Source of the DNA: a virus
Taxonomy: Duplodnaviria > Heunggongvirae > Uroviricota > Caudoviricetes
IMG/VR virus record: IMGVR_UViG_3300011399_000001
Location: 1 to 64,000 of that record
Direction: 5' to 3' (one strand)
DNA: 64,000 nt
Part shown: piece by piece, positions 58,901 through 64,000 of the stretch
How the letters are laid out: each line of letters starts with the position of its first letter
Position numbering within the stretch: the stretch's first letter is position 1
Translations under genes and position numbers: made by a program
The notes under the pieces: generated by a model
Told to the model about the DNA's origin: nothing
Seen by the model: only the letters and a program-made list of their open reading frames with translations
The model's database searches: none

Positions 58901-61309
58901 CAAATTGTACACTATGGACTAGAGGATAATAAAGGACTTATTGACAAATATGCTGACATCCTTAATACAATTGTACAGGAATCTGAAAATTTAGCTGATA
59001 AAGAAGAGGAGCTGTTACAAAGAATTGGACAATTAGAAGATGACCAAATTCAAGGTTCTTTCAGAGAAGACTTTGTAAACGAAATGTATAAGCGTTCTTT
59101 AGAGAACGAATATTACGATAGTTTAGAGAAATTACTAACTCTTCCTGAAAACTTTGAAAGACTTATTTCTCCTGTAGATGATGCTGGTTTAAAGAAGCTT
59201 TCTACAACATTAGATAATTTAAAGGGTGAGGATGAAACCTCTATAAAAAATCGTATCCTTAATAGGGATTATATGACCTCTTTAAGACATGCTTTTGTGT
59301 TAGGAAAGAAATGGGTAGGGATAGCTGCTGTAAACATTACAGGACACTCTTTAACACAGAAATCTGAAGTGTTTATAGACCCTGACAAATTTGATTTAAT
59401 CCCTGCTTTTGACAGGAAATTCATAGCAGACGGGGAAGTAGTATTACCACATAATACAACAGCAGATGGTAAGATTTCTATTTCTGGTAAATTTGTAAAA
59501 GGGACGACTAAATACATTTCTGATAGACTTTCTGGTTATGCAACATCTTTCGTAGACGTAGCTAAAGACCCTTATATTCTAAAGCTTATAAAGAGTGATT
59601 TAGCAATTGGTACATTTATGTTCCTTGAAAGAATAGGGGTGGGGGAGACTACAGCCTTATTCATGAATCAGCCTATTATTGATGAATACCTACAATATTT
59701 AGACAGCATCAACGCTAGAGGTTTGTATAACAAATCCAACCTTGATTATATCAAGAACAAATTTTCCTCAACATCTCCTTTAATTAGAGATGTCAAAATC
59801 AATGTTTTTGATTTTAAGGATAATATCAAAAAATATGCTGAAAACAAGAAATTAACAGAAGCTGAAAATGCTGTACAATTAAGAGTATTGGCAGAGTTCT
59901 TGAAGTATGCCAAAATGGCACAATATAGCTTCAAACTTACACAGGCTTCAAATTACGATACTACTAGATTTAGAAGTGCTGATACCTTATTTAAGAAACA
60001 AGTTAGAACTGAACAAGCTAGACGTTCAAATATATTCTCTTCTGTAGACAAAATTCTTGACAATTCCTTTATAGGAGAACAGAGTTATATTCTTGGATTT
60101 GCTTCTGAAGCTGTAGGAGAAATCCTTAAATTAGACAGATATGATGTAAGAAGCAAAGCCCTCAATCCTATTCTGGAGCCATATGCTGAGAATGAATTCC
60201 TTAGCAATGACAAATATGATAGAATTGCTAATAAAGTGATTACTTCATTTATCGACTTTTTAGTACAAACTAAAGGACTTAATAGTGAAATAAAGGCTCT
60301 ATTAGTAGATACAGCTACATCTGTAGCTAATTCTCTATCTGTAGCTAAACAGCAATTCCCTCAATTAAGAATATTGAGAGACCTGGAGATTGTTAGTAGC
60401 GATAGACCTGAGGGAACAAAATCTCTTAAATTGAAAGCCAATATAAAAGAGGCTTATGATGAGAATTTGTATACAGAAATGATGAGAGAATTGAGAGATT
60501 TTCCTTCAGCATCTGTTCTATACAAGGACATTGTTAAACTATCCCTATTACAAGGAACATATAATTCTCCTATTTCTATTGGTAATATAATACCATTAGA
60601 GGATAGGGCTGCTATTATAGCTCCTATTATACAAACATTAAATGCAGATAGCGAATTCAATGTTTTTGCACAGGGAGCTTTTCAAAGAAATAACTGGAAA
60701 GACTCAGATGTATTTAGAAAAATATCCCCTAAATTCTTTACTAATGATGAGCAGTTTTTAGGAGAGGACGCTTATGGAAATGAGATTTATCAATATGTTT
60801 CTCCAGCCTTTGCTCCACTTCCTACATTGGGGATAACGGCTTCCTCTAGAACAATACTTGCTCTTAATGACAAATACCATTCTTTTGATATAGCAAATGA
60901 TTATTTATTAGTTCCTAGGGTGGTGGAAGATAGGAAAACAGGTGAAAGAGTGGACATGGAAACTGGTAAAACAGTAACAAATGCCATGTTTATGCAAAGA
61001 AAGACCAAAGGAGACCTCTCTCTTAAGGATGTATATGGGTATAAGAAAGTGAGACATTCTGATGGAAGTCCTGTGCTAACATTTGATAAAGAAGGGAATT
61101 CTGTGTATATTTACAAACTCATAAATTTATGGGGAGATGGAATTTATGCTTCAGAATACTATTTTACAAACAAGCCTTCTGTATTAAATAATGGAACTGT
61201 GAAAATAACACAGGAGATTCCTGATGCTGATATTATTAATTTCTTTGCCCCTGAAATAGAACAAAGTATTACACAAGATTCAAACGAACAAATACCACCC
61301 TGTAGCTAA
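49925..61309 (+). CDS. giant virion protein (3794 aa) containing a beta-prime-like DPBB RNA polymerase catalytic domain; candidate virion-packaged RNA polymerase of crAss-like phages
   Basis: GFRIPTQSMSSIEVFRVKG...SEITTKAGSDFDIDKLNMY parallels beta-prime [21 protein letters not shown]...AAYNADFDGDQMAVHVP, including the DxDxD metal triad at nt 58721-58735; N-terminal Gly-zipper/hydrophobic segment. Confidence 0.65.
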   Translation: MPDREKLVNLGGVMEGFPTLVPEGFNAEGDTTKDISVNDMFNSLGAGGSKGRPSIPISSFYTGNRHISAFPLTDVEEMSAQQQSTFDKWGNALTKMVGTAGTTFISGTGGLIYGVGASVRDGRFASLYDNEVTRNMDEFSKYLEDELPNYYTHQEKNADWYSPNNLFTANFWADKVLKNLGFSAGALAGGVAWGTLFRGIGLTNQLVKAGRTLELIEATEQVMTSVPKAQQFGALQSTLNSLAQTYLKTPTAAILKSSDRVLASVMGTFGEASLEALHNLNDFRGKLIEEYKAKYGVAPEGQDLAEINDYADKAGNFTWGANTLLLSATNYIMLPKILGSSRKADKALLNEITQDATGKFISPAKGFLAKTRGAGALLFSPTEAFEEGSQFAIQTGTREYFDRAYKNKEDVSEFFSNVSNVLGTISDEGIATTLSTKEGMENILIGGISGGLQQARGTVIQQGITGTTGQRQKNTDLAVSALNKSSLGVSLQDGAKYVARGINSQKLRQEAIADNDVLSEKDYELDFTMSYILPRVKYGKIDGIFEELERYENQAVTDQGFLELKNEGIIAPLETKEQFANRLNTIKNIAKDADTLYSQINDKYSNYVDKNGDKIFTDDIVDRMVYAAAKISDYDVRIPLTQQSLVLAGIDVQSILQGIIENDSPAKKPLKKAQQDIDKLNSIDEDQLKEDLRDVIELSLRRKKFVDEYNNIKRSPLSYKEAPVAPAETLTFTNVQEEVEPLQLDREYISPKREATVKKSPNEEEWEVNSPISAAQFFPTPEEANIRKAELDEELADIQAVKIIALNPDGTVAVEDVNGDRYNIPTSHLTGYEKTLTQQEKLQKYKQSLEEEQNDITKTSGTVGTNSLPEDIGALETEDKKKPTSVLFTSTTSASEDGAQLLKPHIIRTNTFLNNAKNFPNFANLRTILVTPNQEDSLGLKGLTDLSLEGSGVEKSKYTDFNEGLIAAVYVEQERDNIYFVDQEGKRINKINESTPLDKIIFSTMPTTHLVWADGKTARYRTGERDEAIQQAKGWEAKRKQLFNAAPGSYEIYEFSISRGIPSISDPNERYDVAASLIPEDKISTEQGLIIIPTTGTITFGEELFKFPNGRPVLHYRDTLQFIDNHSFTKNQAKSIFEVIKVLAEDIKGQQTRGEKKLKLNRKYTTFLQKVLWWKQTPDIKKNQIFIDPITAELFFGGDRYDLTNIADREEVLVNKLQETYSAVNNITLTQSFVEPFTEYYFENELKTRDWTNYQTYLLSSKLPDGTKRATNEVPLTTSVNPPSDAVPYNYKQKYAILRGMDFPEIPKPAPKQEVEISSDKIGEYVVDGITENTYKLTSGPVQFTAIVEGEGVSVSVIANETVDKIVGNDKTMNTIVSFLKSADKFDATTSDKEQALLFVGLKISNDLQKLKNAAPKTEKSLSALEAKKADIEKRRQTTSTTFNLERERKAGKDIYYEYYITPEGRTEAVYGQNEKVIRALINAKYDAELSALQSPTKVELVGEQLDDIEAEVNRRIKSFGITTPPANTEYRKAEQGLEGIARISPAEIELFKEWHAKNTPNISYEVTENILITHDNEKAWGAFENNVAKFYKSASRGTEYHETFEGIWGSFLTANEQQFILQDEKAKPGSFVDRQSGKKIKYDEATDLQIKERIADDFADFRLGKLPAKSLTDRVLRFFRAIINFFREFVSKPSLKKELFKAIDTGEFRDFTIPENLYLEPAYKRVEGLTEQQTNEFIQDISARFFQYVFGTNSSLYSPELLSSPEIFNNIKQQYLSKDKNNPDSVSRIDILGETAWNQLVVRTKDFLRTFKIEFDEDNILTINVEGQDNKLYAPEPFATNWKKSSPFPVKLLLGTLTETAPDNQESSNSMSLPAQKSSSVNGYKLLNFSRAFATVLDKLANTTKITSMVDKLIELAKFDSNYVRLFTRLKGDRNSLEIDFSKFQPEDWRLFINFYQTFTKQKPDAFIQYINNGEVYSSSANLATAVRTEQQSWTENMKGLSKKKDSLITYNKSTKTYQVGDTTKLPIKTPQNQTAFLSKIGIEFPMEVYNKLKTYQKKKFSDAVSAIYAYFGKEKDLMSVTGKTLKINGQLNTLAELLVIVTNPNQELSYFGLDGRRRQNFADNNAASILENDFNSSETLEQLLENRPELQDIFSQNSLVLKRGGLFFNAEGKRVKKIKVGYIQGTNNIDGGRETVTTNLSLGDRYVQELNQNVNGNYYILVPADSSTEWMMDLGNQVPFIDIESNDWSKIYTAFNGYLKDDIALAKQNRTYLRNTAPRAKELRFFKDILPQEILSKVNKLIKDDVSNDEIDIFLAENANDTNSAVKQYIENDRNNTIEVLKENTQIVQNEDETFSFKNLDDNFTKRENLKKYSLSQKEVEDIITFTNANYIINNVELHKILFGDPYQFAIKNNQLDETKRIKSFLSPRRTTFDSPEFNTFLNQQYNKAGEIQLSPTDPGYHLHKSHVNTVTLQDVVVAGSVSNIKDLPEDIKEAYLKTNEADAFSLIMDTTFREVKLKNGQWSEEAEDWHQWQMAYTRQNMPGYEYSNKALEKHDVALLSTPEPEYVSDVLKPIVSGNKHNATSINLALDKMSQMPVYYSAVEGTTLEKFYIKMWKEKKGYAVFESGRKVGAEELEPLYKEDGTFNDQPFNNNIQISWKSYGIQVENAYEGPKQQTRGSQLTKLSSLDLADNGVFTSEAAQKEYQRNRKLLDEIHKNGYRNLLSSLGIEDLDGSFRLVDNVSVAQTLQREMFRREASENMKDTLELDENGEFRIPFEASSAYIQIKDIIYSMVDKAIVAPKMSGGAHVQVPVTLWESSKEGRKVVEINGKKVFTDSTLKFYTKEDPYCEILLPAWFKDKINLKRFKKDEDILNYLNRTQEGKNILKGIGFRIPTQSMSSIEVFRVKGFLPSYMGNTVVVPSEITTKAGSDFDIDKLNMYLKAVYTDHNGDIKLVKYKGSEEETKEFYGKIFDRKLEKKRITKAEILEAIQIVHYGLEDNKGLIDKYADILNTIVQESENLADKEEELLQRIGQLEDDQIQGSFREDFVNEMYKRSLENEYYDSLEKLLTLPENFERLISPVDDAGLKKLSTTLDNLKGEDETSIKNRILNRDYMTSLRHAFVLGKKWVGIAAVNITGHSLTQKSEVFIDPDKFDLIPAFDRKFIADGEVVLPHNTTADGKISISGKFVKGTTKYISDRLSGYATSFVDVAKDPYILKLIKSDLAIGTFMFLERIGVGETTALFMNQPIIDEYLQYLDSINARGLYNKSNLDYIKNKFSSTSPLIRDVKINVFDFKDNIKKYAENKKLTEAENAVQLRVLAEFLKYAKMAQYSFKLTQASNYDTTRFRSADTLFKKQVRTEQARRSNIFSSVDKILDNSFIGEQSYILGFASEAVGEILKLDRYDVRSKALNPILEPYAENEFLSNDKYDRIANKVITSFIDFLVQTKGLNSEIKALLVDTATSVANSLSVAKQQFPQLRILRDLEIVSSDRPEGTKSLKLKANIKEAYDENLYTEMMRELRDFPSASVLYKDIVKLSLLQGTYNSPISIGNIIPLEDRAAIIAPIIQTLNADSEFNVFAQGAFQRNNWKDSDVFRKISPKFFTNDEQFLGEDAYGNEIYQYVSPAFAPLPTLGITASSRTILALNDKYHSFDIANDYLLVPRVVEDRKTGERVDMETGKTVTNAMFMQRKTKGDLSLKDVYGYKKVRHSDGSPVLTFDKEGNSVYIYKLINLWGDGIYASEYYFTNKPSVLNNGTVKITQEIPDADIINFFAPEIEQSITQDSNEQIPPCS

Positions 61310-64000
61310 TGGCCTGTACTATAGAATATATTAGAAAATCACAACTATCTGAGACTGAGAAACTTAGATTAGAAGAAGAACATGTTTCCATCTTCAAACA
61401 AGCTAAAGCTTCTAAGGCTTTTAGAGAAGTTGATAATAAACTGCAAGCTGTAAAGCTTAAATATGCAGATGCCACCTCTTTTGTAGGAGAAATCAACAAA
61501 CAAAAAGGGGCTAAAGTTGTTGTATTAAATTCTATAGGAAATGGAAATGCCATTTTGTCAGTTAACGTTCTTCCTTTAGCCACAGAGAAACAAGAGGAAA
61601 TATTCTTACAAACAGACACCTCTTTCTATGGAAGAAGAGCTCCTGCTAATGTTGTAAAACTTTCTAAAGACCTCCTTACAAAAATAGGGGTGGAATATGA
61701 GAAAGTAAAGGATATTTATGTAAATGGTGTAAAAACAGGAGCTAATGGGGTGGCTAATATTACACAAGCATTAGTACAAGTTATAGAGGGGAGAGAAGCT
61801 GAAGCTCTTCCTGAAGAAGCTATGCACTTTACTGTAGAGCTTTTGGAGCAAAAAAACCCTATTCTATTTAACAAGCTTTTAAGGGAAATCAACAACTACT
61901 CCATATATAAGGAACTATTGGCTGATTATTCCAATGACCCTTTATATCAAACCAAGGATGGAAAACCTGATATTAGAAAGTTGAAGAAAGAGGCTATCGC
62001 TAAACAGCTTGTAGAAACAATAATTAACAAGTCAGAGAATAGCAAAGATAATGTTGGTTTAATAGCCAGGATACAAGAACTGTGGACTGAAATCCTTGAA
62101 TATTTAAAGAACCTTTTCATCTCTTCAGGCTTTGATGAAGCTGCCATGAAGGTGTTATCTGGAGAAACTATTGGTACTATTAATGACCTTAGGAATTCAG
62201 AGGGGGTATTTTTACAACAAAATACACAAGCTTCTTTATACAACAAATTGACACAAGTGGCCTCTACAATAGAAAAGAGGGGGGAAGAGGGGTATTTTAT
62301 AGATGGTAAGAAAGTATTGGAAAGAGTTAGTGACTTGGTTTATAGTTGGTATGATAGAAGATTTAAAGAAAAGAAATTACTAGAAAGTGACTTTGATATT
62401 GCTGTAAATGACTTAAAAGCTGAAAAAGGAACAAAAGGTCATAAGGATATAGAACATGCATTCACATTATTTGTAGATATAAATGGAGATGTCAGAGAAA
62501 CTCCTTTGGAGGATTCCTGGGTGTCATTATTGAATCCCAAAGACAATTCCATGTATACCCTTCTTAAGAATAATCTAAAAGAAAGAATTGATTCTTTTCC
62601 TAAAGGAACTAAGTTCCTATCAGAAATTACAGTTTATGATCAAAAGAGACAACTTGCAGGAACAATAGATTTTCTGGCAATTACTCCTGAAGGAAAAGTT
62701 AGTGTTTTGGATTGGAAGTTCATGGACCTCAATACTACTAAATATCAAGATGTTCCTTGGTTTAAAGTAGATGCTTGGAATCAGCAAATGGAACAATATA
62801 AACTTATTCTTGAAAAGGTTTATAATGTGAAATCTCAGGACTTTCAACAAACTAGGATGATTCCGATTAAAGCTTTCTATTCTCCAGTTAATAGGAAGTT
62901 ACAGCAACTACCTGTATTACAAAGCATTCTAATAGGGGCTGTTGATGTTAAAAATATTACAGAGGATTACTTGTTACCTGTAGGACTAGAAGGAGAGAAA
63001 ACTGGTAATAGAAAAATTGATGCTTTATTAGAGAAATTAAATGCTGTATACAAGAAATTTTCAGACAAGAAAGTATTGCCCTCTGAAAAACTATCTAAAG
63101 CAGAACAATTAAACAGCTTATTTACAGCTATTAGACAACTTCAAATTAAAGGAAATCTTAAACCGTTATTGTATCAAGCTAAAGTACTCAATAAACAAAT
63201 TGAAAATACGATAAAAAAATTCAATGATCAATGGAAAGGTAGAAATCCTATCTCTATTGATCAGAAAGAAATAAGTGATTTTTATGAAGAAATAGAGACA
63301 GCTCAAAATGCCATTATACATTATACAACCCTTGATACAGACCTTAAATTCTTGTTTTCAGGAGAACTGTCTCAAGAAGATAAAGTTTTAAGAGAAGAAT
63401 TAAGAGATGTTGTGGATAATGCCAGAGATTTACAAAGTGATATTTCTGAAATAGCAGGTGAATTTACTGATGATTTTGTAAAAGGAAGTGAAAAAATTGA
63501 AGGTAGTATTTTGTCTCCAGAAAAAATCATAAAAGGTATAACAAAGTGGTTTTCTTCTACGGCCACTCTACAACTCAAGTCTGTCGAAACTCTGTATAAG
63601 AAAGCTAATAGAGCGTTTACACATGCCTCTATGGACACTTTAGACGAGACTAAAAAACTTGAAGCTCTTAAAAAATCATATGATGTTTGGGCTACTTCTA
63701 AGGGGTTAAATACTAATACATATTTTGATGCTATTAAGAAAAAATCAAATGAACTTATTGATGAATTTAAACCTGAATTCTATACAGAATTAAAGGACAA
63801 AATCAACAATAATGATATTGCTTGGGTGAAGGAAAATGTTGATGTAAAAGCTTATAAAGAACATTTAGAAAAACAACTTCTTAAAGAGGTACAAAGAATT
63901 GATGACAAAGCTAGGGTGGGAACACAGGAGGAGATTGCTGGACATATAAGAAGAGAAATAGCTGAAGCCAAAAGATTATATAATGTCTCACAAATTGATA
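61309..64000 (+). CDS. large virion protein, truncated by the window end (more than 897 aa), with a PD-(D/E)xK-like motif
   Basis: ATG overlaps the stop of the giant gene (TAATG); open to the window end in frame 1; GTIDFLAITPEGKVSVLDWKF resembles nuclease motifs II/III. Confidence 0.5.
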   Translation, partial: MACTIEYIRKSQLSETEKLRLEEEHVSIFKQAKASKAFREVDNKLQAVKLKYADATSFVGEINKQKGAKVVVLNSIGNGNAILSVNVLPLATEKQEEIFLQTDTSFYGRRAPANVVKLSKDLLTKIGVEYEKVKDIYVNGVKTGANGVANITQALVQVIEGREAEALPEEAMHFTVELLEQKNPILFNKLLREINNYSIYKELLADYSNDPLYQTKDGKPDIRKLKKEAIAKQLVETIINKSENSKDNVGLIARIQELWTEILEYLKNLFISSGFDEAAMKVLSGETIGTINDLRNSEGVFLQQNTQASLYNKLTQVASTIEKRGEEGYFIDGKKVLERVSDLVYSWYDRRFKEKKLLESDFDIAVNDLKAEKGTKGHKDIEHAFTLFVDINGDVRETPLEDSWVSLLNPKDNSMYTLLKNNLKERIDSFPKGTKFLSEITVYDQKRQLAGTIDFLAITPEGKVSVLDWKFMDLNTTKYQDVPWFKVDAWNQQMEQYKLILEKVYNVKSQDFQQTRMIPIKAFYSPVNRKLQQLPVLQSILIGAVDVKNITEDYLLPVGLEGEKTGNRKIDALLEKLNAVYKKFSDKKVLPSEKLSKAEQLNSLFTAIRQLQIKGNLKPLLYQAKVLNKQIENTIKKFNDQWKGRNPISIDQKEISDFYEEIETAQNAIIHYTTLDTDLKFLFSGELSQEDKVLREELRDVVDNARDLQSDISEIAGEFTDDFVKGSEKIEGSILSPEKIIKGITKWFSSTATLQLKSVETLYKKANRAFTHASMDTLDETKKLEALKKSYDVWATSKGLNTNTYFDAIKKKSNELIDEFKPEFYTELKDKINNNDIAWVKENVDVKAYKEHLEKQLLKEVQRIDDKARVGTQEEIAGHIRREIAEAKRLYNVSQID

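Noticed and set aside
49925-61309. Giant ORF considered as a tape-measure protein or DNA polymerase
   Set aside because: No polymerase A/B motifs (DxxSLYPS, YGDTDS) were seen. The beta-prime-like RIPTQ...DFDID segment argues for a virion RNAP module, and length alone is not evidence for a tape-measure protein.

Overview
This 64 kb window is AT-rich and gene-dense and reads as one contiguous bacteriophage genome segment, not bacterial chromosome. It has three parts. (1) Positions 1 to about 13000 are a minus-strand block of about 35 short ORFs, mostly hypothetical early or accessory genes. Recognisable among them are a minimal protein-kinase-like ORF, a Rieske [2Fe-2S] motif ORF, a DUF1566-like lipoprotein, and several small membrane or secreted proteins. 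(2) A divergent control region (12998-13256) is followed by a plus-strand array of about 20 tRNA genes (13580-15835). The array is interrupted by two gaps that contain degenerate tRNA-like elements and a small promoter-to-terminator unit. (3) Positions 15849 to 64000 are a long plus-strand late/structural block. It holds small Zn-ribbon and HU-like DNA-binding proteins, a candidate small terminase, a large terminase (Walker A-like and Walker B motifs), an 864-aa portal, an SPFH/band-7 domain protein, an acidic poly-Glu scaffold-like protein, a candidate major capsid protein closed by a strong terminator, and a tail fibre with a phage tail-collar domain. Further downstream are a metallophosphoesterase, three free-standing homing endonucleases (2x GIY-YIG, 1x HNH), and several very large virion proteins of 1580, 1073 and 913 aa. 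The block ends with a giant 3794-aa ORF whose C-terminal third carries a beta-prime-like double-psi beta-barrel RNA-polymerase catalytic motif (RIPTQ..., then 35 aa, then DFDID). This is the architecture described for virion-packaged RNA polymerases of crAss-like (Crassvirales-type) phages of Bacteroidota. Another large ORF starts at 61309 and runs off the window. A conserved TAnnTTTGTATT motif, matching the Bacteroidota sigma-A -7 consensus, recurs in front of several plus-strand transcription units. All functional calls rest on motif reading only; no database search was possible.
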